Positions 18,952 through 29,937 of a stretch of DNA of 64,000 nt are shown here, in pieces. Source of the stretch: Longimicrobiales bacterium (lineage in GTDB: Bacteria > Gemmatimonadota > Gemmatimonadetes > Longimicrobiales > Gaopeijiaceae). Under the pieces are notes generated by a model. The model was given only the letters and a program-made list of their open reading frames with translations, did not search any database and was not told where the DNA came from. Within the stretch, counting starts at the first letter, position 1. Every line of letters starts with the position of its first letter. The translations under genes were made by a program, and so were the position numbers. The stretch spans positions 2,720,001 through 2,784,000 of the forward strand of contig OZ242008.1 of NCBI GenBank assembly GCA_965204735.1, read 5' to 3'.

Positions 18952-19576
18952 CGGCTTCCTCCATGGCGTCGAACTCGGCCATGGCGGCGGCGAGCCGGGC
19001 TTCCTCCTCGCTGGTGAGACCTTCCCCGGTCCCCTCGGCGGCCCCTTCCCCGGCCCCGGCTCCCCGGTCTCCGGCGCGAGCGGCTCCGCGCAGGCGTCGG
19101 AGCGCGACCACGGCCAGCCCGAGCCCCGCCAGCAGGCCCGCAGGCGGCACGGCCCACGCCAGCAGCCCTGCGCCCGTCCGCTTGGGGAAGGCGCGGTACT
19201 CCTCGCCGTACGCCGCGACCATCCGCTCCACCAGGCTGTCCGCCGAGGCCCCTTGGCGGGCCCGGGCGTCGAGGCTGTCCCGGAGGAGCTGGGCGTCGAG
19301 GCTGGGGCAGACCTCCAGCATCAGCCCGGGACAGAAGGGCGAGCGCAACTTCGAGATCGCCTCGCGGGCCTCGGGGTGGAGGGCGCGATGCTCCGGGGGC
19401 GTCGCGCTCGGCTCGCTCTCCTGGGCGCCGGCCTGGCCCGGCTCCTGGGGAGAGATCTGGGAGTGGGCCGACGGCGTCGGGAGAAGCCAAGCTGCGGCGA
19501 CGAGCGCGGCCGCGGGGGCGAGCGGAAGCGGGGAGGACGCCCGTGGTCGGGTCAGGTCGCGGCGCTGGGCTCTCAT
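18944..19576 (-). CDS. Cytochrome c biogenesis protein CcmH/NrfF-like
   Basis: Signal peptide, LRSPFCPGLMLEVCPS, MVAAYGE, TM helix LLAWAVPP. Confidence 0.75.
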   Translation of the reverse strand: MRAQRRDLTRPRASSPLPLAPAAALVAAAWLLPTPSAHSQISPQEPGQAGAQESEPSATPPEHRALHPEAREAISKLRSPFCPGLMLEVCPSLDAQLLRDSLDARARQGASADSLVERMVAAYGEEYRAFPKRTGAGLLAWAVPPAGLLAGLGLAVVALRRLRGAARAGDRGAGAGEGAAEGTGEGLTSEEEARLAAAMAEFDAMEEADA

Positions 19577-19738
19577 CGGGATGATGCTGGCCGCCCGGAA
19601 GTCCGATGTCAATACGCGCGGGCCGGCGGGTCGCGCCCGCGCAAGGGGCGTGCCGATGGTCGACCCCGCCGGCGGGCGCCGGCAGTCTCGCGCGGTCCCC
19701 CTGCGCAAGGGCGCGCCGACGACGGCGGACGGCCAACG

Positions 19739-20611
19739 CTATCGGTTCATCGCGATCTCTCCGCTTCGGTGCACGAACGAGCCCACGACGCCGTAGCCTC
19801 CCACCACGTTCTGCACGGGATGCACCTGGTGCAGGTTGCCCTGGTCGCCGGTGGTGAGGAAGGCGTGAAAGTGGCGGTCCACGGCGGCGACGTCGAGCAT
19901 GGGAACCGGGCCCGCGTTGTCCAGCGCCGCTTGCGGGACGCGGCCTTCGAAGCTCGTGTTCTCGACTTCGGCGTACCAAGCCCTGACGCAGTTGTAGCAT
20001 TGCCCGTACCGCCGTCTCACCGCCATCAGGTAGCGGTGGGCGGCCGTGCTCTCGGACCAGGAAGCGGTCAGGGAGTGGGCGTCGGCGCCGCTCGAGATCG
20101 CTGCGCCCTCCAAGCGGAAGTCGCCCACGACACGAGTCTCGCCAACGGCGGGAACGCGCCCTTCGGCCGTGGCTTCCACCCGGTACGTGGCGCCCGGTCG
20201 GAGCACGGCTTCGGGTCGCAGGCAGTAGTTTCCACCCCCGGCGGACATGTTGACCCACAGCGGCCCCGGGCTGAGGCTGGGCCACTCCGCGTCGCGGCTG
20301 GGTATCGGATAGCGGCACTCCGTGAACGGCTCCCCAGCAGCAGCGGCTCGGGCGCTGTCCCACTCCGCCACCAGCGTCCAACCTCCCGACGCCGCTTCTC
20401 GTTGGTGGATGCGGATGGTCAGCCCGGTCAGCGACAGGACGGTGAATCCGTCCGTGGGGGCAACCTCGATGCGGTGCCGGGTCGAGTCGGGGTTCAGGAC
20501 GGCGTAGAGCAACAGCTGGTCGCTGAGTCCCGTGGGTTGCAGCGGGAGCTCCTCGCAGGCGCTCAGGAGTGCGGTCAGCGCGGCGAGGCCGGCAAGCCTG
20601 TGCTTTGTCAT
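19739..20611 (-). CDS. Lipoprotein, DUF4249-like TonB-receptor partner
   Basis: Lipobox LSAC; LYAVLNPD, PGATYRVEA, C-terminal NVVGGYGVVGS. Confidence 0.75.
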   Translation of the reverse strand: MTKHRLAGLAALTALLSACEELPLQPTGLSDQLLLYAVLNPDSTRHRIEVAPTDGFTVLSLTGLTIRIHQREAASGGWTLVAEWDSARAAAAGEPFTECRYPIPSRDAEWPSLSPGPLWVNMSAGGGNYCLRPEAVLRPGATYRVEATAEGRVPAVGETRVVGDFRLEGAAISSGADAHSLTASWSESTAAHRYLMAVRRRYGQCYNCVRAWYAEVENTSFEGRVPQAALDNAGPVPMLDVAAVDRHFHAFLTTGDQGNLHQVHPVQNVVGGYGVVGSFVHRSGEIAMNR

Positions 20612-20633
20612 TTCGGATCTCCTGTGGGGCAGG

Positions 20634-22970
20634 TCAGAACTTGAAGTTGATCCCGATCGTCGGCAGGAACGGCAGTTGCTGTTCGTAGTCGAACACGTAG
20701 CCGAGCCGGTCGTCGCCGATCTCGCTGAACAGCATCCCGTCTTCGCTGACTTCGCTGAGCCCGGCGAACTGGTAGTACAGGATGTTGTTGCGTCCAGTCA
20801 CGTTGACTACGGAGAGGTAGGGCGCGATCTCCCACGCCCCCCAGCGGAAGGCGTAGTTCGCCGACACGTCAAAGCGGGCGTACGTCGGAAGCCGGCCCTG
20901 CACGTCCGACCACACGGTGAACCAGTCCGCCTCGCTCAGCAGCGCGCCTTCGTAGGTTGGGGCGTCGAGGCGCTGGTGCGGATCGTAGCGCAGGTTGGCG
21001 TAGCTGCCGACCGGGTACCAGAACGGTCCTCCGGCGCCCACCGTTCCCCGCACCGAGATGCCGAACTCGCGAGGCAGGTCCACGGCCACAAGCCCCTCGA
21101 ACTCGTGTCGGCGGTCCCACTGCGGATGGTACTCCGCTCCCGCCGCGTCGGTGACCCTCACTCTCGCCCACTGGTACGACGCCCAGCCTCGCACGCGACC
21201 AACATGCCGCTGGACGATCACGTCCACGCCGCGCGCCTGCCCGTCGTGGAACGCGAGGGTGTGCGGATCGCGGGAGCGGCCGGCTCGCCAGCTCGGCAGG
21301 CCCTTGAAGCGGCGAGTCCACCCGGCAACTCCGGCCGTCCAGCCCTCTCCCCGCCAGGCGTCCACTGAAAGGCTGATTCCGTCGGCCACGGACGGGGGCT
21401 GGTTCTTGCCGTGGACGAACCACATCGGGGCGCCCGGTTCCAAGGTGTAGGCGTCTCGAAGCGTCGACAGGAACTGGTAGGTGCGGTCCACGCTGGCGCT
21501 GACGGCAAAGTATGGAGTGCGCAAGCGGACGGAGAACCGGGGCTCGACGAAGTTGCGCCCGGACCTCCGCTCGGTGGCCGCGCGCACTCCCGGCGAGAGG
21601 CGCAACGGTCCCAGCCACGCCTCCACTTCGGCGAAGGCGTAGGCATGGAGGTACGAGGCGGAGAGGTCCCCCTCGAAGAGCGCGCCGGCGCCTTCGCCGA
21701 GGAGCTGCACCGGGCCGCCTTCCACGGCGATTCCCGCCCGTCCGCCTTTGCGTTCGCCCCGCCACGTGAACCCCGCCTTCAGTCCAGTTGCGGATATGCG
21801 GTTGGTGGTCGAGGGATCGGTGGACGTGCCGCCGAACGTCTGCTTCCCCCGGTACCGGCTGTGGTACGCGGTCACGTCGGTGGTCATGCGGTTGTTGCGC
21901 ACCCACGACCACGACGCCGAGGTGGTCAAGTTCGCCCACTTGGCGCCGAAGGACTCGTGCCCTACTCCGGCAGACTGGAAGTCCCAGGCGTAGTCGTCGT
22001 CCGACGCGAAGAGCGACCAGCGCAGCCTGTGCTCCTCGGCGGGATGAGCCTCGACCCCCAGGTTCAGGTCGTGAAACGAGTACGGCACATTGATGCGCGC
22101 CAAGTCCACGAACGCCTTGCGGCCCGCTGCGAGCCACCGGACGTCGCCCCAGGGCAGCGTGCCGTCGGCGGCGATGCGTCCGCCGAGGAGGCTGAGCCCG
22201 CCCGCCAAGTTGACTTCGCCTGGGCCGCCGGTCCTCTGCCGCGCCGAAACGACGCCCGACAGCGCGCCGCCGTGCCGCGCCGGGATCGATCCCCGGTAGA
22301 ACTCGGTGGACTCGACGACGTCCGCGTTGAACGCGCCGAAGTAGCCGTACATGTGGTACGGCGCGAAGACCGGGGCGCCGTCCAGCAACACCGCGACCTG
22401 ATCGCCCCCGCCGCCCCGGACGAAGAGTTCGCCCGTGTAGTCGTTGACGCTGGTCACGCCCGCCAGCGACTGGAGGCTGCGGAAGACATCGGCCTCGGCG
22501 AGGGCCGGGACTGCCTTGATCTCGGCCTGGGTGACGCCGACGGCGCCCACGGCGACCTCGCGCTCGAACATGCGCCGGTGAAGTTCCCTGGACGTCATCT
22601 GCCGTTCGACCTGTACCGTCAGCGGCGGCAGCGATATGGCCGAGCGCTCGAGCGGGAGCTCGACCACCCCGCCGTCGGCGGGCGCCACGACGAGCGTGTC
22701 CAGGTCCGCGTACCCGAGCCGCGTGGCCAGCACCCTGACTTCGCCGGCGGCTCCCTCGCCGCTGGCGAGTCCTTGGTCGTCCGTGAGCTTGGTGACGGAG
22801 CGCCCCGGGAAGGCGATCAGCACCTCGGTCAGCGGCTGGCCCGAGGTGCGGTCCACCGCGCGGACGGCCCAGACCCCCGAGGCGGGGACCTGGGCCAGGC
22901 TCGCGGCGGGCAAGACGGCCGCGCACGTCGCCGTGCCGGCCAGAACGAAGAGCGCTGCGAAGCGTTTCAT
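20634..22970 (-). CDS. TonB-dependent receptor with carboxypeptidase-regulatory-like N-domain
   Basis: PALAEADVFRSLQSLAGV, LFVRGGGGDQ...LLDG, ARHGGALSGV, EPRFS, RLPTYARFD; terminal Phe (GINFKF). Confidence 0.92.
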   Translation of the reverse strand: MKRFAALFVLAGTATCAAVLPAASLAQVPASGVWAVRAVDRTSGQPLTEVLIAFPGRSVTKLTDDQGLASGEGAAGEVRVLATRLGYADLDTLVVAPADGGVVELPLERSAISLPPLTVQVERQMTSRELHRRMFEREVAVGAVGVTQAEIKAVPALAEADVFRSLQSLAGVTSVNDYTGELFVRGGGGDQVAVLLDGAPVFAPYHMYGYFGAFNADVVESTEFYRGSIPARHGGALSGVVSARQRTGGPGEVNLAGGLSLLGGRIAADGTLPWGDVRWLAAGRKAFVDLARINVPYSFHDLNLGVEAHPAEEHRLRWSLFASDDDYAWDFQSAGVGHESFGAKWANLTTSASWSWVRNNRMTTDVTAYHSRYRGKQTFGGTSTDPSTTNRISATGLKAGFTWRGERKGGRAGIAVEGGPVQLLGEGAGALFEGDLSASYLHAYAFAEVEAWLGPLRLSPGVRAATERRSGRNFVEPRFSVRLRTPYFAVSASVDRTYQFLSTLRDAYTLEPGAPMWFVHGKNQPPSVADGISLSVDAWRGEGWTAGVAGWTRRFKGLPSWRAGRSRDPHTLAFHDGQARGVDVIVQRHVGRVRGWASYQWARVRVTDAAGAEYHPQWDRRHEFEGLVAVDLPREFGISVRGTVGAGGPFWYPVGSYANLRYDPHQRLDAPTYEGALLSEADWFTVWSDVQGRLPTYARFDVSANYAFRWGAWEIAPYLSVVNVTGRNNILYYQFAGLSEVSEDGMLFSEIGDDRLGYVFDYEQQLPFLPTIGINFKF

Positions 22971-22981
22971 GTCGATTGCTC

Positions 22982-24124
22982 CTACCAGCTGAGTGCGACT
23001 TGGGAGCGAAGGCGGAAGCCCACGCGCAGGTTGTAGGTCCGGGGACCATTGGCATGGGTCACCAAGGCCCACCCGAGGTCGTCGTTTCTGCTCAGACCAT
23101 CAAGCTCCACAGCCGAGACGGAGAAGTTGGCCCCTCCTCGCTTCGGCGACACAGGCAGCATTTCCTTGTAACGTCGGTACCACGTGTTGTCTCTCACACC
23201 TCCGAATTCCGCGGTACCCGATACGAATACTCCGTCGACGTTCGTGTACCCCACGGTGATTGCGAGTTCCTCGCGTCCCCACTCGGTGTTGAAGCGCGAA
23301 GCGAAGCCAGTGAGATGGAGAGGAGAGTGCTCCACCAAGGGATCGTGGTATCCGTGCCCTGCGACTTGGCCGTCCTGGTACACAGAATGCGTCCCCAACA
23401 GTTCGGTCCGAGCAGCCTCCAGCTCCTGCTCGGACTCGTAGCGCCCGTAGTCCAGCGTCAGAGGTTCGGCGTTACCGACCCGATACGTCCAGACCAAGGC
23501 CGCCTCGCCGTCGTCCGGGTCCTGGATCACGGCGCCGGGCTCGTCCGCCTGACGGCCGATCCGCGTCCCCCAGTTCTCCCGCGGACCCACGTAGAGGAAG
23601 GCGTCGTAGTCCTCGATCTGACCCATCTTCGTGGCCTCCCTTCTGCCTCCTGCGGGCCCGTGGACCGAGAAGTCGAGCACATCCGGGTCCCACGAGCCCG
23701 CAACTCCGATGCGTGGGGTACCCCTCCACGCCAATCGGTGTTCCCGGAGGGGGACCGAGATCACCAGCTGGGCGACTTCGTCGAGTCGAGCGACCCGAGC
23801 GAGGAACTCGGCCTCCTCTGTGCCCAGCGCGGCGGCGCTGCCGGCCAGCAGCCCGGTGCCTTCGGGGCTACGGAGGTAGTCGCCGAGGACCAGCTGGTGC
23901 TCGACTTGGGTGGAGGCTCTCATGGCGGCCAGGATGCCCAGCCGGGCGTCGGCGGACGCCAAGCCACGCGCCAGAGCGCCGGCCACCTGGGAGATCGGGG
24001 GCTCCGCGTCCAGCAAGTACCGGACGGCGGGGTCGCTGGCCGTCGGCGGGACGGGGCGCGTGGCGTCGTCGCAGGCCGCCACGGAGACGGCGAGCGCGAC
24101 GAGGGTGAGTTTGGTGCTTTTCAT
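22982..24124 (-). CDS. Hypothetical lipoprotein
   Basis: MKSTKLTLVALAVSVAAC lipobox; ATG 24124 after GGAG; first gene of the receptor operon. Confidence 0.75.
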   Translation of the reverse strand: MKSTKLTLVALAVSVAACDDATRPVPPTASDPAVRYLLDAEPPISQVAGALARGLASADARLGILAAMRASTQVEHQLVLGDYLRSPEGTGLLAGSAAALGTEEAEFLARVARLDEVAQLVISVPLREHRLAWRGTPRIGVAGSWDPDVLDFSVHGPAGGRREATKMGQIEDYDAFLYVGPRENWGTRIGRQADEPGAVIQDPDDGEAALVWTYRVGNAEPLTLDYGRYESEQELEAARTELLGTHSVYQDGQVAGHGYHDPLVEHSPLHLTGFASRFNTEWGREELAITVGYTNVDGVFVSGTAEFGGVRDNTWYRRYKEMLPVSPKRGGANFSVSAVELDGLSRNDDLGWALVTHANGPRTYNLRVGFRLRSQVALSW

Positions 24125-24546
24125 GGAACGTTCCCCTGGTTGGGGCACCGGTTGGTGCCGGTCGCGCCGTTCGGAGCCAGCCGAAGTGCTGGGACCGGGA
24201 GCGCTTGTGACAGGCAATACCCCGGATTCTTCAGAGGGTTCCCTCGGGTCGCAGGAGGACTCTTCGCCCAGCGACCCACGGCCCGGCCACCGGCTCACGG
24301 CTAAGGAAGAGGAATGGCTTCGATGGGACGAGCCGGCGTTGCTCCGGCGAGATCGACCGGAGCCCGTGGAGGATCGACTCCAGGGAGGTGCGCACCCCGG
24401 GCCGGGCCGGCATGAAGCGAGCAGCGATGGTCCGCAGCAGACGGAAGCCGAGAGCACGCTGGGTCCCCGGGCGGCGCGTGCGGCCTGCTGCGCCGAAGAT
24501 CGGCGTTCTGCGCTAGATTTCCCCGCGCCGGACGCCCGACGCCGTT

Positions 24547-24619
24547 GGGGCCATAGCTCAGCTGGGAGAGCGCTGGCTTTGCAAGCCAGAGGTCACCGGT
24601 TCGATCCCGGTTGGCTCCA
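24547..24619 (+). tRNA. tRNA-Ala (TGC); CCA not encoded
   Basis: Acceptor GGGGCCA/TGGCTCC with G3:U70, D arm GCTC/GAGC, anticodon arm CTGGC-TTTGCAA-GCCAG, T arm ACCGG-TTCGATC-CCGGT, discriminator A. Confidence 0.97.
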
Positions 24620-25597
24620 CTCCAACCCCGCCAGCGCGCGCAGGGTCGCCACGCACCCTTGGCCCGTCCGAGCCGGGTCGTAGCCGCCCTCCAGGAAGAC
24701 GGCCAGGCGGCCTCCGCAGAACCGGTCCGCAACCCCCATGAGCATCGACGTAGCGGCGTGGAGGTCCTCGGGCTCCAGGAGCTGGCCGCCCAGGGGGTCG
24801 CCCGCCAGCACGTCGAACCCCGCGGACACCAGCACGAAGTCGGGCTCGAAGCGGGAAGCAGATGTCTCCAGGGCTTGGGCGAAGAGCCGCATGTAGCGGT
24901 CTCGGGGCGTCGCGGCGGGCAGCGGCACGTTCACCGTGAAGCCTTCGCCCCTTCCACGCCCCGTTTCGGCGGCGGCGCCCGTGCAGGGGTAGTGGGGATG
25001 CTGATGAAGGGAGACGAAGAAGACCGACGGGTCCTCGTAGAAGACGTCTTGCGTGCCGTTGCCGTGGTGCACGTCCCAATCCACGATCAGCACGCGGTCC
25101 GCGTGGCCCCGCGCCCGGAGGTCGGCGGCCGCGACCGCCACGTTGTTGACGAGGCAGAAGCCCATCGCCCGGTCCGGTGTGGCGTGGTGGCCCGGGGGGC
25201 GCGTCGCCACGAAGGCGTTGCGGAACCGTCCCTTCGCCACCGCCCGCACGGCGTCCAGCCCCGCCCCCGCGCTCCCCGTCGCCGCCTCCCAGGACGCCCC
25301 GGAGACCATCGTGTCCGCGTCGCCGGCGACCCCGACCGGCCGTCCCCGCTCCTCCGCCTCCGCCACCGCCCGGCGCACCGTCTTCAGCAGCTCCCGCGAG
25401 TGGACCCGGGCCAGCGCCTCTTCCGACGCCGAACCCGGCTCCGAATCCGGCTCGCCGTACTCCACCCGATCGCCGAGCGTCGCCGCGTCGTTCTTGACGG
25501 CGGCGGCGACGGCGCGCAGCCGACCCTGGTGCTCGGGGTGTCCCCAGCCGGTGTCGTGGAGGACGGCGGAGGGATGGAGGAAGAATCCGGTGGCCAC
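24593..25597 (-). CDS. Histone deacetylase family (AcuC/AphA-like) Zn amidohydrolase
   Basis: GHPE, RPPGHHA, MGFC, DWDVHHGNGTQ, SAGFD...DPLG, LEGGY. Confidence 0.95.
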   Translation of the reverse strand: MATGFFLHPSAVLHDTGWGHPEHQGRLRAVAAAVKNDAATLGDRVEYGEPDSEPGSASEEALARVHSRELLKTVRRAVAEAEERGRPVGVAGDADTMVSGASWEAATGSAGAGLDAVRAVAKGRFRNAFVATRPPGHHATPDRAMGFCLVNNVAVAAADLRARGHADRVLIVDWDVHHGNGTQDVFYEDPSVFFVSLHQHPHYPCTGAAAETGRGRGEGFTVNVPLPAATPRDRYMRLFAQALETSASRFEPDFVLVSAGFDVLAGDPLGGQLLEPEDLHAATSMLMGVADRFCGGRLAVFLEGGYDPARTGQGCVATLRALAGLEWSQPGSNR

Positions 25598-25599
25598 GA

Positions 25600-26613
25600 C
25601 TACCGCCGCGCCAGCGCCACGATACGAGGGTACGCATCCCACGTCTCGATGGTGAACGCCCTGTCCTTGCTGACGACCCCGAAGTTCGCAAAGTGCGGAA
25701 GAACGTCGGACTCCAGGTACGCCCCGGTCTGCAGGTCGAACTTGTCCAGCACCCATCCTGTTGCCGTTTCGCCGCCGAATAGAACAAACAGCGTGTCGCC
25801 GACAACGGACAAGGAGCGTCCGGTTTCGACGGGCCTGGCCGTCATCTGCATGTGCACGGTGTTCCCCTGACGGACCTGTCGCGCCTTGGGGAAGTCCGAG
25901 TGTTCCACGTAGGGGAAGACGCCCCGCGCATGAGCTGCTCGGAACGTCGCCCAGCCGTTGCCGTTGCTGAACCCATAGACCCAGTCGTCGTCACGCCACC
26001 GAACGAGCTCGCCTTGGTGCAGCAGAGGTTGAGGCTCGCCGAGACCGGGCAACTCGGCGGCGGTCACGTCTTCCCCGTCCCACACCGCGAGAAGAGGTCC
26101 GAATGTTCCTTCAGCGACGGCCAGCCTCCCTCCGCGCAGCGCAGCCACTGACGTCACGTAGCTGGTGCGCGCCCTCACCGGCGTCTCTCCAAGCAACCGT
26201 CCGTCCGCGCTCAACCGCACCACGCGCCGGTTGCGGGAATCGACCAGCACAATCGACCCGTCCGCCCCCACGTCCATCGCCCGAACGTTCATCACTTCAC
26301 CAGGTCCCTCTCCCTTGGTCCCCCAGGACCACAACAGCTCGCCGTCCTTCCCAAACCGACAAGCCGCCTGATTTCGCACGTCGAAGACGACCAGCCCTTG
26401 TGCGCCGTCCGGGCGGAGCAGCCGCGGATTCGCCAGCAGCGTGTCGGACGGGCCGCCGAACGCCCACAGCGTGTCGAACTCCGCCCCCGACGGATCTCGT
26501 TCAACATTGTCGGACGACGAGAACAAGGCCGGCGCCTCGATCAGCCTCTCCTGCGCTGCGTTCTCGCTGGTGCAGCCCAAGCAGAGAACCACCGCCAACG
26601 CCCTCGCCTTCAC
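25600..26613 (-). CDS. 6-bladed beta-propeller lipoprotein
   Basis: Lipobox [14 protein letters not shown] motif; [15 protein letters not shown] blade. Confidence 0.8.
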   Translation of the reverse strand: MKARALAVVLCLGCTSENAAQERLIEAPALFSSSDNVERDPSGAEFDTLWAFGGPSDTLLANPRLLRPDGAQGLVVFDVRNQAACRFGKDGELLWSWGTKGEGPGEVMNVRAMDVGADGSIVLVDSRNRRVVRLSADGRLLGETPVRARTSYVTSVAALRGGRLAVAEGTFGPLLAVWDGEDVTAAELPGLGEPQPLLHQGELVRWRDDDWVYGFSNGNGWATFRAAHARGVFPYVEHSDFPKARQVRQGNTVHMQMTARPVETGRSLSVVGDTLFVLFGGETATGWVLDKFDLQTGAYLESDVLPHFANFGVVSKDRAFTIETWDAYPRIVALARR

Positions 26614-29600
26614 GTCGTTCCCAGCGACTCAACTTCGGCTTCCGACCCGACCTCGGCCGCGTCCCGACCCTCGTCCCCGGCATCGCCGCGTCCGATCCGC
26701 TCCTGGATGCTCAGCACCTCGGGCCGCCGGGTGCGGGTGGCGGTGAGGGCGTCCACCGCCGCGCTCGTGGCGGAGATGGTGGTCAGGTACGGGACGCGGA
26801 AGGAGATCGCGGCGCGCCGCATGGCGTAGTCGTCGTACTGGGACTTCTTGCCCAGGGGCGTGTTGACGAGGAGCCCCACTTCCCCGCTCACGATCCGGTC
26901 CACGATGTCGGGCCGGCCTTCGCCCACCTTGTACACCCGCTTGCACGCCACGCCCAGCTGGCGCATGTACTCGCGGGTGCCCCGGGTCGCGTGCACCGAA
27001 AACCCCAAGTCGGCCAAGCGGCGCACCAGGGGCGTGACGGTGGGCTTGTCGGCGTCGTTGACGGTGACGATCACGGACTTGGCGGCGCGCTCCCGCGCCC
27101 CCGGCAGGCTGTTCCCCGCCGACACCTGGGCCTTGGCGAACGCCATCCCGAAGGAGTCGTCCACGCCCATGGCCTCGCCCGTCGAGCGCATCTCGGGTCC
27201 CAGCAGGGTGTCCACGTCAAAGCGGTTGAAGGGGAAGACGGCTTCCTTCACCGCCACCCCGTTGACCGCCGGCTCCGAGGGCACGTCCATCTCCGCCAGC
27301 TTCTCGCCCGCCATCACGCGAGCCGCCAGGCGCGCCAACGGCACCCCCGTGGCCTTCCCCACGAAGGGCACCGTGCGCGACGCCCGAGGGTTCACCTCCA
27401 GCACGTGCACCTGACCGTCCTTCACTGCGTACTGGACGTTCACCAGCCCCACCACGCCGAGCTCCAGCGCGAAGCTGCGCGTCAGGCGGCGCATCTCGTC
27501 CAGCTGCGCAGGGCTCAGCAGGTAGGGCGGCAGCACGCAAGCCGAGTCGCCCGAGTGGACGCCGGCGTCCTCGATGTGCTGCATGATCCCGCCCACCACC
27601 ACGTCGGTCCCGTCGCAGAGGGCGTCCACGTCGGCCTCGAAGGCGTCTTCCAGGAAGCGGTCGATCAGCACCGGATGGTCCGGCGACGCCCGCACCGCGC
27701 GGGCGAAGTAGTCCTCCAGGGAGTCCTCGTCGTAGACGATCTCCATGGCGCGCCCGCCCAGCACGTACGACGGACGCACCAGCGCCGGGAAGCCCACCGA
27801 GCGGGCGACCTCCAGCGCCTCCGCCACGCTTCGCGCGGTCCCGTTGTCCGGCACTCGGGCTCCGACCCGTCGGCACGTCCGCTCGAAGCGCCGACGGTCC
27901 TCGGCCCGGTCGATGGCGTCCACCGACGTGCCCAGGATCGGGACGCCCAGCGCCTCCAGCCCTCGGGCCAGGTTCAGCGGAGTCTGCCCGCCCAGCTGGA
28001 CGATCACGCCCTCCGGCTTCTCGCGCTCCACGATCTCGGCCACGTCCTCCAGCGTCAGCGGCTCGAAGTAGAGCTTGTCGCTCACGTCGAAGTCGGTGGA
28101 GACGGTCTCGGGGTTGGAGTTGACCATGATCGTCTCGAAGCCGGCCTCGCGAAGCGCCAGCACCGCCTGCACGCAACAGTAGTCGAACTCGATCCCCTGG
28201 CCGATCCGGTTGGGGCCGCTGCCCAGGATCGCGATCTTGCGGCGGTCCGAGGGCCGGGCCTCGTCCTCGGACTCGTACGACGAGTAGTAGTACGGCGTCT
28301 CGGCGGGGAACTCGCCGGCGCAGGTGTCCACCACGTTGTAGGTGGGCCGGACGCCCCACGCCCAACGGCGCTCCCGCACGGCCTCTTCGTCTTCGTCCCG
28401 AAGGGCGGCCAGCTGGGCGTCGGAGAAGCCTTCCCGCTTCATGCGGCGCACGTCGTCGGGGCCGGGCTCCGCGAGCGCCGCGTACCAGCGCTCGGTCTCG
28501 ACGATCTGGGTCAGCTGGTCCAGGAACCAGGGGTCGATTCCGGTGGCGCGGTGGAGCCGCTCGATCGACACGCCCGCCTCCAAGGCGCGCTTGAGCTGGT
28601 ACTTGCGGGCGGTGGTGGGACGGCGCACCGCAGAGAGGAGGGCCTCGGCCGAATCCGACTCCAGCCCGTCTTCCTGGAGCGTCCGCCCGGTCACCCAGCC
28701 GGGGCGTCCGACTTCAAGTCCCCTGAGCCCCTTCTGCCAAGCCGAGCGGAAGGTGCGTCCGATGGCCATGGTCTCGCCCACCGCCTTCATCTGCACGCCC
28801 AGGGTGTCGTCCTCCCCCGGGAACTTCTCGAAGGCGAAGCGCGGGAACTTGACCACCACGTAGTCCAGGGCGGGCTCGAAGGAAGCCGGCGTGGTCCGGG
28901 TGATGTCGTTGGGCAGCTCGTCCAGGCGGAAGCCCACCGCCAGCTTGGCGCCCACGCGGGCGATGGGGAAGCCGGTGGCCTTCGACGCCAGGGCCGAGGA
29001 GCGGGAGACCCGGGGGTTCATCTCGACCACCAGCATCTCGCCGTCCGCCGGGTTGACGGCGAACTGGACGTTGCAGCCGCCCGCCTCCACGCCGATCTCG
29101 CGGATGATCGCGATCGCCGCGTCCCGCATGGTCTGGTACTCGCGGTCCGAAAGCGTCTGGGCGGGCGCGACGGTGACCGAGTCGCCGGTGTGGACGCCCA
29201 TGGGGTCGAAGTTCTCGATGGAGCACACGACGATCACGTTGTCGGCGCCGTCGCGGACCACCTCCAGCTCGTACTCCTTCCAGCCCAGGACGCCCCGGTC
29301 GATCAGCACCTCGCCGATCCGGCTGGCGGCCAGTCCCTTCCGCACCTGCGCCTCGAACTCGGCCAGGTTGTAGGCGGTTCCGCCGCCCGTGCCCCCCAGC
29401 GTAAAGGAAGGGCGGACGATCGCCGGGTAGCCCGTGTCCGCCACGATCCGCCGGGCGTCTTCCATGTTGCGGGCGAAGCCGCCGTGGGGAACCGCGAGGC
29501 CGATCCGGTCCATCGCGGCCGCGAACTGCTCCCGGTCCTCGGCCATCCGGATCGAGCGCGCGTTGGCCCCGATCAGCTCGACGCCGTGGTCGGCCAGGAA

Positions 29601-29918
29601 GCCGTCGGCGTCCAGGTCCATGGCGATGTTGAGGGCGGTCTGGCCTCCCATGGTGGGAAGGAGGGCGTCGGGCCGCTCCCGTCGGACGACCTGGGCGACC
29701 CACTCGGGGGTGAGAGGCTCGATGTACGTGCGGTCGGCCAAGTCCGGGTCCGTCATGATCGTCGCCGGATTCGAGTTGACCAGGACGACGCGGTAGCCCT
29801 CTTCCTTCAGCGCCCGCACCGCCTGCGTCCCCGAGTAATCGAACTCGCAGGCCTGCCCGATGACGATGGGGCCGGATCCGAGGATCAGTATGGACTCGAG
29901 GTCCGTGCGCTTGGACAA
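26610..29918 (-). CDS. carB: Carbamoyl-phosphate synthase large subunit
   Basis: [61 protein letters not shown]-terminal MGS domain. Confidence 0.98.
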   Translation of the reverse strand: MSKRTDLESILILGSGPIVIGQACEFDYSGTQAVRALKEEGYRVVLVNSNPATIMTDPDLADRTYIEPLTPEWVAQVVRRERPDALLPTMGGQTALNIAMDLDADGFLADHGVELIGANARSIRMAEDREQFAAAMDRIGLAVPHGGFARNMEDARRIVADTGYPAIVRPSFTLGGTGGGTAYNLAEFEAQVRKGLAASRIGEVLIDRGVLGWKEYELEVVRDGADNVIVVCSIENFDPMGVHTGDSVTVAPAQTLSDREYQTMRDAAIAIIREIGVEAGGCNVQFAVNPADGEMLVVEMNPRVSRSSALASKATGFPIARVGAKLAVGFRLDELPNDITRTTPASFEPALDYVVVKFPRFAFEKFPGEDDTLGVQMKAVGETMAIGRTFRSAWQKGLRGLEVGRPGWVTGRTLQEDGLESDSAEALLSAVRRPTTARKYQLKRALEAGVSIERLHRATGIDPWFLDQLTQIVETERWYAALAEPGPDDVRRMKREGFSDAQLAALRDEDEEAVRERRWAWGVRPTYNVVDTCAGEFPAETPYYYSSYESEDEARPSDRRKIAILGSGPNRIGQGIEFDYCCVQAVLALREAGFETIMVNSNPETVSTDFDVSDKLYFEPLTLEDVAEIVEREKPEGVIVQLGGQTPLNLARGLEALGVPILGTSVDAIDRAEDRRRFERTCRRVGARVPDNGTARSVAEALEVARSVGFPALVRPSYVLGGRAMEIVYDEDSLEDYFARAVRASPDHPVLIDRFLEDAFEADVDALCDGTDVVVGGIMQHIEDAGVHSGDSACVLPPYLLSPAQLDEMRRLTRSFALELGVVGLVNVQYAVKDGQVHVLEVNPRASRTVPFVGKATGVPLARLAARVMAGEKLAEMDVPSEPAVNGVAVKEAVFPFNRFDVDTLLGPEMRSTGEAMGVDDSFGMAFAKAQVSAGNSLPGARERAAKSVIVTVNDADKPTVTPLVRRLADLGFSVHATRGTREYMRQLGVACKRVYKVGEGRPDIVDRIVSGEVGLLVNTPLGKKSQYDDYAMRRAAISFRVPYLTTISATSAAVDALTATRTRRPEVLSIQERIGRGDAGDEGRDAAEVGSEAEVESLGTT

Positions 29919-29937
29919 GGGGCGGACGGTTGGGCGG

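Noticed and set aside
19639..19720. GCGCAAGGG(G)CG(T/C)GCCGA spaced repeat
   Set aside because: Short, GC-rich and imperfect; could arise by chance.
24547..24619. tRNA-Ala as the attachment site of an integrated element
   Set aside because: No integrase and no duplicated tRNA 3' end seen in the window.
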